The notes beneath the pieces are model-generated. The model was given only the letters and a program-made list of their open reading frames with translations. It was not told where the DNA came from and ran no database searches. The position numbers and the translations under genes are program-made. A stretch of DNA of 64,000 bases, taken from positions 421 through 64,420 of the forward strand of contig JAFXOW010000028.1 of NCBI GenBank assembly GCA_017528315.1. The letters are read 5' to 3'. The stretch comes from Bacilli bacterium. Its GTDB lineage: Bacteria; Bacillota_I; Bacilli_A; RF39; UBA660. Numbering within the stretch: position 1 is the first letter of the stretch; the number at the start of each line of letters is the position of its first letter. This document shows, piece by piece, positions 9,951-19,613 of the stretch.

Positions 9951-11228
9951 ATGGAAATACTAATTATAATTTCTTTTACAATTGTTTTTTTTGCGATAAT
10001 TTTAACTAAAAAGAAAATATATCATCCTGTAATTCTTTTTAATGGTATATGGTTAATTATTTTTATATTGTATAAAATGCAATTGATAGAATTTATTCCT
10101 ATCTCTAATAAAATAATTTTAATATTATTATTTATGATTGTTTTTTTTCCAATTGGTGTTTTTATAGGTGAAAGAATTACAATAAATAAAAAGGATTGTC
10201 ATCAAAAACAAAATTCATATTCTCTTCGAAAAAAAATATTTTTGTTTGTTTGTTTATTAACTATTATTAAAATGTTTTATGATGAAAGAGACATAATTAT
10301 AAATGTATTAAGCGGTTTATCTTTTCATACTATTATGGTTCAATCAGCTGGTAAGGGGACAGTGTTAATCAAGGGATTTTCGGTTGTTTTGTACATTTTC
10401 TTTATATATCCATGCATGTATTTTATATCTCCAGTATGTGCAAACGTTTTTTTTACAGAAAAAGGAAAAAATAAAATATATTATTTGTTATTAAATTTAG
10501 TGGTAGTTTTTTTGTCAGTAATGCATCATGGAGGAAGAAATTCTATATTTTTGTTTATAATTAGTTATGGTATAACATATTTAATGAAAAAGAAAAAAAT
10601 ATACATAAAACGAAAAACAAAACTATTGATATTTTTTGGATTAGCGATGGCATTTTTAGTAATTAATAATGTGTCAAATTCGAGAGGAATTAATGATATA
10701 GAGAAATCATTTTATGCATATTTTACATGTTCTATTCCTTTAAGTGAGTTATATTTATCCATACCTGTCATTAAAAATGCGTCTTTAGGAGGATATTTAT
10801 CTTTTAGTGGTTATATAACACCGATTATAATAATTTTAAAACATTTTGGTGTTACACCATCTAATAATTATTTGCTGGCATATAATATAAAAGAAATAAT
10901 TGAAAATAATTATTTATCAATAGGTAATTATGCTCTTAATATGAATGCATTTTTACCAGCTGGAACATATTTATATATTGATGGGGGTTATATCTTTGAA
11001 ATTATAGGTATGATAGCTTATGGAATATTTGTTGGTTATATTTTCTCTCTGACACAAAAAACAAATAATGAAAGGTTAAATGTTTTATATGTTTTGCTTT
11101 CAATAAGCCTTATTTTATCATTTATAAGATTTTATTTTACAACAATAAATTTTTCTTTAGCAATATTATATTTAATAATTTTATATAAAAAAGATAACGA
11201 TATAAAGGAGGATAGTAATCATGTCTAA
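9951..11228 (+). CDS. wzy: Polysaccharide/O-antigen polymerase (Wzy-like, polytopic membrane protein)
   Basis: About 10-12 predicted TM helices with a larger loop. No enzyme motifs. Its position inside a Wzx-containing locus supports the call. Confidence 0.55.
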   Translation: MEILIIISFTIVFFAIILTKKKIYHPVILFNGIWLIIFILYKMQLIEFIPISNKIILILLFMIVFFPIGVFIGERITINKKDCHQKQNSYSLRKKIFLFVCLLTIIKMFYDERDIIINVLSGLSFHTIMVQSAGKGTVLIKGFSVVLYIFFIYPCMYFISPVCANVFFTEKGKNKIYYLLLNLVVVFLSVMHHGGRNSIFLFIISYGITYLMKKKKIYIKRKTKLLIFFGLAMAFLVINNVSNSRGINDIEKSFYAYFTCSIPLSELYLSIPVIKNASLGGYLSFSGYITPIIIILKHFGVTPSNNYLLAYNIKEIIENNYLSIGNYALNMNAFLPAGTYLYIDGGYIFEIIGMIAYGIFVGYIFSLTQKTNNERLNVLYVLLSISLILSFIRFYFTTINFSLAILYLIILYKKDNDIKEDSNHV

Positions 11229-12384
11229 AAATAGAGTTATAGCGATATATTTACCTCAATTTCATCCAACTGAAATAAATAATAAAATATGGGGTAAAGG
11301 TTTTACGGAATGGACAAATGTTGCACTAGCGAAACCACAATTTAAAGGTCATTATCAACCTCAAATACCATCAGAACTTGGATTCTATGATTTAAGATTA
11401 GATGAAGTGAGAATTGAACAAGCTAAATTAGCTAAGCAATATGGAATTGAAGGATTCTGTTATTGGCATTATTGGTTTGGAGATGGAAAAAAGGCGTTAG
11501 AGATGCCATTCCAGAGATTACTAGAAACAAAAGAACCAGATTTTCCTTTTTGTTTAGCATGGGCTAATCATTCATGGTCTACTAAAACATGGAATAATGT
11601 TTCAAAAAATAGTAAAGAACAAGAGTTTTTAAAGCAAGAATATTTAGGAAAAGAGGATTATATAAAACATTTTAATTATGTTCTGCCAGCATTTAAAGAT
11701 CAAAGGTATATATGTGTTGATGGTAAGCCTTTATTTGCTATTTTTAATCCTAAAGAAATACCAGAAGATGAATTAAAAAAAATTATTGATCTATGGAATA
11801 GATTAGCAAGAGAGAATGGTTTAAAAGGAATTCATTTTGTTGCAAGAGTAGAAAAAATTGCTAAGTTAACGGATAGTGATATTAAAGAGAGAATTAAAGG
11901 ATCTTCCAAAGATTTTTATCAAAAATATTTGGATATGGGATTTGATGCTATTTGGCCAGAATCAATGAGAAAAGCTGAAATTCTTTCTAAAGGATTTTTT
12001 AAAATGTTTATTAAAAGAGTTTTATATCATAGTTTAAAAATAAGATTAATTGATAAATATAATTATAAAGATATTATTAATAATTTTTATAATGATTATG
12101 AAAAAGAAGAAAATGTTTATCCTATGATTATTCCACGTTGGGATAAAACGCCAAGACAAGGTAAAATTGCTACAATTTATCAAGGTAGTAGTCCAAAAAT
12201 TTTTAAAAAACATGTAAAAGATGCATTAGAATTAGTTAAATCGAAAAAAAGCGAACATCAAATTATTTTTTTACAGGCATGGAATGAATGGGGAGAAGGA
12301 AATTATATAGAACCAGATGTAAAATTTGGAAGAGGTTATTTAGAAGCATTAAAGGAGGCTTTGGATGAAGAAAATAAAGAATAA
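11221..12384 (+). CDS. WbsX-like glycosyltransferase / glycoside-hydrolase-like protein
   Basis: The N-terminus IAIYLPQFHPTEINNKIWGKGFTEWTNV matches the signature I recall for the Glyco_tran_WbsX family. It overlaps wzy by 8 nt. Confidence 0.6.
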   Translation: MSKNRVIAIYLPQFHPTEINNKIWGKGFTEWTNVALAKPQFKGHYQPQIPSELGFYDLRLDEVRIEQAKLAKQYGIEGFCYWHYWFGDGKKALEMPFQRLLETKEPDFPFCLAWANHSWSTKTWNNVSKNSKEQEFLKQEYLGKEDYIKHFNYVLPAFKDQRYICVDGKPLFAIFNPKEIPEDELKKIIDLWNRLARENGLKGIHFVARVEKIAKLTDSDIKERIKGSSKDFYQKYLDMGFDAIWPESMRKAEILSKGFFKMFIKRVLYHSLKIRLIDKYNYKDIINNFYNDYEKEENVYPMIIPRWDKTPRQGKIATIYQGSSPKIFKKHVKDALELVKSKKSEHQIIFLQAWNEWGEGNYIEPDVKFGRGYLEALKEALDEENKE

Positions 12385-13570
12385 TAGTATTAAAATATTG
12401 GTGGTTTTTCATAATTCAATGCTAGAAAGTGGTGCTACAAAGTCTTTGACTGATATATTAAATAATTTAATAACTAATAATATTTATAAATTTGATGTTG
12501 TTTTTCCTTCATCTACAGGTAGTGCAATTGATTATTATCGCAGTAAAAATATAAAAGTTTTTAATTATCAATATGGTAAACTTATGCAAAATTTAAATCA
12601 ATCTTTAATTAAGAGAATAATAAAGTTTCCGTTGTTATTGTATAGATATATAAATATTATAAGGGAAGCAAAGAAAGCAAGCAAAGAATTAAAAAGTAAT
12701 AATTATGATATTGTATATTCCAATACAAGTAGTATAATATTTGGTGCGTTGTTGGGAAAATATATGAAGTGTAAGCATATATGGCATATTAGAGAGTTTA
12801 GAAAGAAAGATCATCAAATATATTTTTTTCTTGGAGAAAAAAGGTTGAAAAAATTTATTAATAAATATTCGAATAAAGTATTATTTGTATCACAAAAAGT
12901 TATGGATGATAATATTGATTTTATTGACTATAACAAATGCATAGTAACATATAATAGTTATTCCAAAGATTTTATTCATAAAAAAGAAAAATTTAATATG
13001 AATGAAAAATTAAATGTGTTAATTGCGGGTGATATACAACCAAGTAAGGGACAATTTGATATTGTAAAAGCTATAGCTTTTTTAAATAATGATAAAGAAA
13101 AATTTAAATTACATATTGCTGGGAATGTATCTATTAATGATTATTATCAAAAAATTCTAAAATTTATTGATGATAACAATATGAAAGATCAGGTTACATT
13201 TTATGGTCACGTAAAAGATATGAAGAGTTTGCGAAAGAATATGGATATTGGAGTTGTTTCTTCAACATGTGAAGCATTTGGAAGAACTACAATTGAAGGA
13301 ATGCTTAGTATGCTTGCAATGATTGGAAGAGATAGTGGAGGTACTACTGAACAAATTGATAATAATGTTACAGGTTTGTTATATGATGGTACTGTAAATG
13401 ATTTAGTTGATAAACTTTTATTATTTTATAATGATAGAAAAAAAATGAAAGAAATAGCTATTAATGGTTTTGAAAATGCAATTGAAGAATATACTAATGG
13501 TCAATGTTATAAAAAAGTTGAACAAGCAATATATGATGTAATGAATACAATGTGTGGTGAAATTGAATGA
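12365..13570 (+). CDS. Glycosyltransferase family 4
   Basis: SSTCEAFGRTTIEGMLSMLAMIGRDSGGTTEQIDNNVTGLLY (GT-B C-terminal domain). It ends with TGA, overlapping the next ATG (ATGA). Confidence 0.75.
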   Translation: MKKIKNNSIKILVVFHNSMLESGATKSLTDILNNLITNNIYKFDVVFPSSTGSAIDYYRSKNIKVFNYQYGKLMQNLNQSLIKRIIKFPLLLYRYINIIREAKKASKELKSNNYDIVYSNTSSIIFGALLGKYMKCKHIWHIREFRKKDHQIYFFLGEKRLKKFINKYSNKVLFVSQKVMDDNIDFIDYNKCIVTYNSYSKDFIHKKEKFNMNEKLNVLIAGDIQPSKGQFDIVKAIAFLNNDKEKFKLHIAGNVSINDYYQKILKFIDDNNMKDQVTFYGHVKDMKSLRKNMDIGVVSSTCEAFGRTTIEGMLSMLAMIGRDSGGTTEQIDNNVTGLLYDGTVNDLVDKLLLFYNDRKKMKEIAINGFENAIEEYTNGQCYKKVEQAIYDVMNTMCGEIE

Positions 13571-14511
13571 ATTTAAAAAAATATTTTAATAATCCTAGTT
13601 TAATACTTTTAAAATTAGATAGAATGGGAATAAGATTATTATCAGATGAAAAATTTGTGAAAATAGTGTATAAAAATTATTTTAATAAAGAACTTAATTT
13701 AGAAGAACCAAAAACTTTTAATGAAAAAATTCAATGGTTAAAATTAAATGATAGAAAAGATATTTATACAACAATGGTAGATAAATATGAAGCGAAAGAA
13801 TATGTTGCTAATATAATAGGTAAGGAGTATATTATCCCAACTCTAGGTATTTATAATAAATTTAGTGATATTGATTTTAATGAATTGCCTGAACAATTTG
13901 TAATAAAGTGTACACATGATTCTGGCAGTATAATCGTTGTAAAAGATAAGAAAAATATAAATACAAAAGAAATGAAACGAAAAATAAATAAATCATTAAG
14001 AAAAAATTTTTATTATCGATATAGAGAGTGGCCATATAAAAATATTAAACCAAGAATAATAGTTGAAAAATATATGGAGGATAAAAAGTATCACGAGCTG
14101 AGAGATTATAAAGTATATGCATTTAATGGTAGATGTGATTATTTAATGTTATGTTTCGATAGAAATAGTGATGAAACAAAATTTGTTTTTTTTGATAGAG
14201 ATTGGAATATAAAAAAAGAGTTTACAAATGCCGGAATTAAATATGGGGATAAATTATGTATTACCAAGCCAAAAACTGTTGATAAGATGTTTGAATTTGC
14301 AAGTATACTTTCCAAAAATATACCATTTGTCCGAGTGGATTTTTATGAAGTTAATGGAAAGTGTTATTTTGGAGAATTAACATTTTATCCAAGTTCTGGG
14401 TTTGACACAAACAGAAGAAAAGAATCAGACGAATTCTTTTCAAGTCAATTAATAATAAATAAAAATAAAGGAGAAATAAATGAAAGAATTGGGATTTATA
14501 AAAAGTCATAA
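13567..14511 (+). CDS. TupA-like ATP-grasp amidoligase
   Basis: LNLEEPKTFNEKIQWLKLNDR... followed by FVIKCTHDSG, LRDYKVYAFNG and VRVDFYEVNGKCYFGELTFYPSSG. This is the ATP-grasp pattern of the teichuronopeptide TupA family. Confidence 0.65.
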   Translation: MNLKKYFNNPSLILLKLDRMGIRLLSDEKFVKIVYKNYFNKELNLEEPKTFNEKIQWLKLNDRKDIYTTMVDKYEAKEYVANIIGKEYIIPTLGIYNKFSDIDFNELPEQFVIKCTHDSGSIIVVKDKKNINTKEMKRKINKSLRKNFYYRYREWPYKNIKPRIIVEKYMEDKKYHELRDYKVYAFNGRCDYLMLCFDRNSDETKFVFFDRDWNIKKEFTNAGIKYGDKLCITKPKTVDKMFEFASILSKNIPFVRVDFYEVNGKCYFGELTFYPSSGFDTNRRKESDEFFSSQLIINKNKGEINERIGIYKKS

Positions 14512-15448
14512 AAATGGAGAAAAGAGAATTGGTTTAATACCTGAAATACTTGAAGGAATAAATCAAAAAGAAAAAATATTTATTGAAAAAGATTATGGAA
14601 AAGATTTAGGCTATGAAGATGTGGAATATGCTAAATATGGAGTTAATATAGTTGATAGAAGTAGAATTCTTAAATGTGATATTATAGTGGATGTTAAATT
14701 AGGAGATGCTGATTATTTGGATGAAATTGAAGACAATAAAATATTGTTTGGTTGGGCTCATGCAGTTCAGAATATTGATTTTACTACTAAGATGATTAAC
14801 AAAAAATGTACAGTAATTGCATGGGAAGAAATGTATGAAAAAGGAAGATATATATTCTATAAAAATAGAGAATTGGCTGGTGAAGCAGGTGTTTTGCAAG
14901 CAATATTGTATTCGGGAATAATGCCATATGATGCAAAAGTTGCAATAATAGGTAACGGTAAGACAGCTAAAGGAGCTTGTAGAGTATTAAATGGATTAGG
15001 AGCAGATGTAGATATATATAATAGAAAATTGGAAAAATTATTTCAAGAGAATATAGGATTATATGATTATATAATTAATTGTGTTATGTGGGATACATCT
15101 AGAAAAGATAAGTTGATATATAGAAAAGATTTGAAAAAGATGAAGGAAAATTCAATAATAATTGATATAAGTTGTGATCCATATTTGGAAATAGAAACAT
15201 CTCATCCTACAACTATTGATAATCCTGTATATAAAGTTGATGGTATTACTCATTATGCTGTAGATAATACACCTTCAATTTTTTATAGAACTGCTACGAT
15301 TAATATAACAAAGGCTATTTCAAATTATTATAATTATTTGATTGAAAGTAAAAAGAATGATGTAATAACAAATGCTGTAGTAATAAAAAATGGTTGTATT
15401 ATTGATAAAAGAATTACAGAGTTTAGAAAAAGTAGAAATATAATATAG
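14480..15448 (+). CDS. N5-(carboxyethyl)ornithine synthase-like opine dehydrogenase (alanine dehydrogenase/PNT fold)
   Basis: AAAGGAG RBS 6 nt before the ATG. Motifs GFIKSHKNGEKRIGLIPE, FGWAH, YKNRELAGEAGV, Rossmann KVAIIGNGKTAKGA, YDYIINCV, IIDISCD, DNPVYKVDGITHYAVDNTPSIFYR. These appear collinear with my recollection of Lactococcus CEOS. Confidence 0.6.
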   Translation: MKELGFIKSHKNGEKRIGLIPEILEGINQKEKIFIEKDYGKDLGYEDVEYAKYGVNIVDRSRILKCDIIVDVKLGDADYLDEIEDNKILFGWAHAVQNIDFTTKMINKKCTVIAWEEMYEKGRYIFYKNRELAGEAGVLQAILYSGIMPYDAKVAIIGNGKTAKGACRVLNGLGADVDIYNRKLEKLFQENIGLYDYIINCVMWDTSRKDKLIYRKDLKKMKENSIIIDISCDPYLEIETSHPTTIDNPVYKVDGITHYAVDNTPSIFYRTATINITKAISNYYNYLIESKKNDVITNAVVIKNGCIIDKRITEFRKSRNII

Positions 15449-15459
15449 AAGGAATTTTA

Positions 15460-16974
15460 ATGAGAAGTAAAAATGCATTTTATAATATTACAAGTAATAT
15501 ATTATTACAATTAATAACTATTATATACGGCTTTATTGTTCCTAAAATAATTATTAGTTCATTTGGTTCAAATGTAAATGGACTTATATCTTCAATTACA
15601 CAATTTTTAGCTTACATAACTCTTCTTGAATCTGGGTTTGGCCCAGTAGTTAGAGCATCTTTATATAAACCGATTGCAAGTAAAAATAATAAAACAATTG
15701 CAAATATTTTAAAAACATCTGAAAAATTTTTCCGAAAAATTGCTTATATCTTTCTAGCCTATATTTTTATTCTTTCTATTTTATATCCATTATTAGTTAG
15801 TAAAAATTTTGATTATTTATATACCATATCTTTAATTATTATTATTGCAATAAGTACTTTTGCTGAGTATTTTTTTGGAATGACGTATAGATTATTTTTA
15901 CAAGCTAAACAAAAAAATTATGTTATTTCTATAATACAAATAGGAACTTATTTATTAAGTATTATTGTAATTATTATATTGACGAGACTAGAAGCAAATA
16001 TTCAAATAATTAAATTAATTAGTGGCATTGTATTTATTTTTCGACCTTTATTACAAAATTTATATGTAAAGAAAAAGTTTGATATAAATTTAAAAAATGC
16101 TGATAATAATTATCAATTAAAAAATAAATGGGATGGTCTTGCACAACATATAGCATCAGTTATTCATAGTAATACTGATATAACAGTTTTAACATTTTTT
16201 TGTAGTTTAAATGAAGTATCAGTTTATTCTGTATATTATTTGGTAATAAAAGGTATAAAATCTCTTATTCAAGCCTTTACTAACGGAATTGATTCATCGT
16301 TTGGTGACATGATTGCAAAAGAAGAGTATGAAAATTTAAATGAAAAATTTAATTTATATGAAATTGGATATTTTACTTTATGCACAATTGTGTTTATTTG
16401 TACAATGATTTTAATTGTGCCATTTATTTCAGTGTATACAAAAGGTATAACAGATACTAATTATATTCGACCTTTATTTGGTTATTTAATTGTTATAAGT
16501 GAATATATTTGGGCTGTTAGGTTACCATATAGTTCTATTACATTAGCAGCAGGTCATTTTAAAGAAACAAGACGTGGCGCTTGGATTGAGGCAATTGTTA
16601 ATATTATTATTTCAATATTTTTAGTAAAAATATATGGAATAGTAGGCGTTGCAATTGGAACTATAATTGCTATGTTAATAAGGACAATAGAATTTATATA
16701 TCATTCTAATAAATATATTTTAAAAAGAAAAATATTTATTAGTGTAAAAAAGGTTATTTTGATTGCTATTGAAACTTTAATTTGTGTTTTTATTTCAAGA
16801 AAAATAAATATAGTTTGGGAAATTAATTATTTTAATTGGTTTATTAATGCATTAATTATTTTTGCAATCAATAGTGTAATTATATTAGCAATTAATATTA
16901 TAGTATATAAAAATGAATTTAAAAAAATATTTATAATTATTATGAAAATTTTAAGAAGAAAAATTCATAAATAA
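15460..16974 (+). CDS. wzx: Polysaccharide flippase (Wzx, MOP superfamily)
   Basis: 504 aa with ~12-14 TM helices. Its position in the locus fits a flippase. Confidence 0.7.
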   Translation: MRSKNAFYNITSNILLQLITIIYGFIVPKIIISSFGSNVNGLISSITQFLAYITLLESGFGPVVRASLYKPIASKNNKTIANILKTSEKFFRKIAYIFLAYIFILSILYPLLVSKNFDYLYTISLIIIIAISTFAEYFFGMTYRLFLQAKQKNYVISIIQIGTYLLSIIVIIILTRLEANIQIIKLISGIVFIFRPLLQNLYVKKKFDINLKNADNNYQLKNKWDGLAQHIASVIHSNTDITVLTFFCSLNEVSVYSVYYLVIKGIKSLIQAFTNGIDSSFGDMIAKEEYENLNEKFNLYEIGYFTLCTIVFICTMILIVPFISVYTKGITDTNYIRPLFGYLIVISEYIWAVRLPYSSITLAAGHFKETRRGAWIEAIVNIIISIFLVKIYGIVGVAIGTIIAMLIRTIEFIYHSNKYILKRKIFISVKKVILIAIETLICVFISRKINIVWEINYFNWFINALIIFAINSVIILAINIIVYKNEFKKIFIIIMKILRRKIHK

Positions 16975-16989
16975 TTAAAAGGAGTATAA

Positions 16990-18117
16990 ATGAAAAAATT
17001 TAATGATAGAGAAAACAATTATGATTTATTAAGAATACTTGCATGTTTTGCTGTAATTGTAGCTCATGTAAGCGCACAGTATATTGATAATATTACATTA
17101 CTTGGTACATTTTATTCAAATGGTGAATTAAGGATTATTATATTGTTTAATGTTTTATCAAGGTTTGCAGTTTCATCATTTGTTATGCTTTCAGGAGCGT
17201 TTTTATTATCGAATTATAAAAATAAAGATAGAAAAACATTTTATAAAAAATCAATAAAAACAATAGTTATTCCAACTCTTATTTTTTCAGTTTTTTATTT
17301 TTTAATTGCAGAAGCAAAAGTTTTGTTGGGAGTGATTAAATATGGAAATAATCTAAATGATATTTTAATTCCTATAAGAAACTTTTTGATAGGTTTACCA
17401 TATTATCATATGTGGTATATGTATATGTTAATTGGATTATATTTAATTATTCCTGATTTAATTTGTTATGTTGAAAAAATTGAAAAGAAAGAAAAAAATA
17501 TCTATTATTACATAGCTATAGTATTAATGTGTCTATATAGTGGTTTAACAACTATTATAACCATTAGATATTCTATTTGTAATGTTATGGTATATTCTGG
17601 CTATTTATTTTTAGGTTATAAAATACGTAAAAGTTTAAATAATAAAAAAAATAATAAAGTAGGATCTTTATTAATATTATCTGGTTTTATTATTTTAGCT
17701 TTATTGTCTATATATGCTTATAATAATTATATGTTAGTTTATAAGGTTCAATATAAATTGTTATCTACAAGTAATTTGGTATTTTCTATTACTAATTTCG
17801 GACCATTTATATGCCTTGCTTCTTCATTAATATTTGCTGGCTTTTCTAAAATGAATATAAAAAGAGATTTTACGAGAATTTCTAATAAAACATTTTTAAT
17901 TTTTTTATTTCACGCTATTGTTATATCAATAATATATATATTTGAAGATGATATATTAAAAATAAAACCTGATATTTTTCTTATAATGATAATAAATAGT
18001 ATTCTTTCATTTATTATTTCATATATATTATCTTGTGCTTATTTATGGTTGTATAAAAAAATAGATGTAAATGATTGCTTTGAAAAAATAGTGATAAAAA
18101 AGTTGCATTTAGATTAA
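16990..18117 (+). CDS. Acyltransferase family 3 (polysaccharide O-acetyltransferase)
   Basis: N-terminal NYDLLRILACFAVIVAHV signature and ~10 TM helices. Confidence 0.75.
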   Translation: MKKFNDRENNYDLLRILACFAVIVAHVSAQYIDNITLLGTFYSNGELRIIILFNVLSRFAVSSFVMLSGAFLLSNYKNKDRKTFYKKSIKTIVIPTLIFSVFYFLIAEAKVLLGVIKYGNNLNDILIPIRNFLIGLPYYHMWYMYMLIGLYLIIPDLICYVEKIEKKEKNIYYYIAIVLMCLYSGLTTIITIRYSICNVMVYSGYLFLGYKIRKSLNNKKNNKVGSLLILSGFIILALLSIYAYNNYMLVYKVQYKLLSTSNLVFSITNFGPFICLASSLIFAGFSKMNIKRDFTRISNKTFLIFLFHAIVISIIYIFEDDILKIKPDIFLIMIINSILSFIISYILSCAYLWLYKKIDVNDCFEKIVIKKLHLD

Positions 18118-18306
18118 ATGAACTAACTTGAAAGTAAAAAGAAAATTAAAATAGGAGTGATATTAATAAAATGCTTGATTCTTGAAACGGAAATGAAACT
18201 ATAAGAACTATATGGAATAACGATGAAGAAAATAAAAAATAAATAATAAACAATAGCTAAGATAAACATGTAAATTATTGTCACGGTTTCATTTTTATTT
18301 TTTATC

Positions 18307-18335
18307 TTGAAATAGATAATATTTTATTATATACT
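18307..18335 (+). promoter_or_regulatory. Sigma-A-type promoter for ugd
   Basis: TTGAAA (18307-18312), a 17-nt spacer, then TATACT (18330-18335). It lies in a 233-bp gap after the acyltransferase. Confidence 0.4.
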
Positions 18336-18369
18336 ATACAAGTGAATTTAATTGAGAAGGAGTAGTATA

Positions 18370-19536
18370 ATGAAAATAGCAGTAGCAGGAACAGGATATG
18401 TAGGATTATCTTTAGCAACATTATTAAGTGTTAAAAATGAAGTAATTGCACTTGATATAATACCTGAAAAAGTAGAAATGATTAATAATCGTATATCACC
18501 TATAAAAGATGAATATATAGAAGAATATTTTAAAGAAAAAAAATTAAATCTAAAAGCAACACTTGATTATAAAGAAGCCATTAATGGTTCGGATTTTGTA
18601 ATTATTTCAACACCAACTAACTATGATGATGAAAAAAATTATTTTGATACATCAAGTGTTGAAGATATAATAGAGAAAGTAATAGAACTTGGAAATAATA
18701 CAACTATGGTAGTTAAATCAACTATACCAGTTGGATTTATAAAAAGTATGAGAGAAAAATATGAAATAGATAATATTTTCTTCTCACCAGAATTTTTAAG
18801 AGAAGGACAAGCTTTATATGATAATTTATATCCATCACGTATAATAGTTGGTGATAAAACAGAAAAAGCACATGAATTTGCTCAATTACTTAAAGAAGGT
18901 GCTTTAAAAGATGATATTGAAGTAAAATATATGGAATCAACGGAAGCGGAAGCAGTTAAATTATTTGCTAATACTTATTTAGCACTTCGAGTATCTTTTT
19001 TTAATGAACTTGATACTTATGCTGAACTTAAAGGACTTAATACCAAAGATATAATTGAGGGAGTATCTCTTGATCCAAGGATAGGAAATCATTATAATAA
19101 TCCATCTTTTGGATATGGTGGATATTGTTTACCAAAGGATACTAAACAATTACTTGCTAACTATAAAGATGTCCCTCAAAATTTAATTGAAGCTATAGTT
19201 AAATCTAATGATACCAGAAAAGATCATATAGCAAATATGATATTAAAAAATAATCCTAGTGTTGTTGGAATATATAGATTAACTATGAAAACTAATAGTG
19301 ATAATTTTAGAGCATCAGCTATTCAAGGAATAATAGAAAGACTTAAAAATAATAATGTTAAAGTAGTAATCTATGAACCAACCTTAAACAGTAATACTTT
19401 TAATGATTGTGAAGTAATAAAAGATTTCGAAGAATTTTCAAATATCTCCGATATAGTACTTGTAAATAGATTAGATGATAATACGAAAAAAATAGAAAAT
19501 ATGATTTATACAAGAGATTTATATAGTAGAGACTAA
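18370..19536 (+). CDS. ugd: UDP-glucose 6-dehydrogenase
   Basis: Start trimmed to MKIAVAGTGYVGLS (GAAGGAG upstream). Contains FSPEFLREG and the catalytic GYGGYCLPKD. Confidence 0.9.
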   Translation: MKIAVAGTGYVGLSLATLLSVKNEVIALDIIPEKVEMINNRISPIKDEYIEEYFKEKKLNLKATLDYKEAINGSDFVIISTPTNYDDEKNYFDTSSVEDIIEKVIELGNNTTMVVKSTIPVGFIKSMREKYEIDNIFFSPEFLREGQALYDNLYPSRIIVGDKTEKAHEFAQLLKEGALKDDIEVKYMESTEAEAVKLFANTYLALRVSFFNELDTYAELKGLNTKDIIEGVSLDPRIGNHYNNPSFGYGGYCLPKDTKQLLANYKDVPQNLIEAIVKSNDTRKDHIANMILKNNPSVVGIYRLTMKTNSDNFRASAIQGIIERLKNNNVKVVIYEPTLNSNTFNDCEVIKDFEEFSNISDIVLVNRLDDNTKKIENMIYTRDLYSRD

Positions 19537-19613
19537 TAAGTCTTTTTTTCATTCCTTTATTTACAATTATCGTATCTTATTATATAATTAATATATCTTA
19601 AGGTAGGTGTCAT

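Noticed and set aside
9985-10150. T8 homopolymer runs inside wzy as phase-variation switches
   Set aside because: Runs of this length are common throughout coding DNA this AT-rich, and Phe-rich membrane proteins produce them naturally. Nothing singles them out.
14699-14899. 66-aa minus-strand ORF inside the CEOS-like gene
   Set aside because: It is antisense to a motif-bearing ORF and has no SD.
18190-18296. Long-range complementarity AAATGAAAC / GTTTCATTT in the gap before ugd, considered as a structured RNA
   Set aside because: There are only 9 AT-rich base pairs separated by ~80 nt. This is not distinguishable from chance in this composition.
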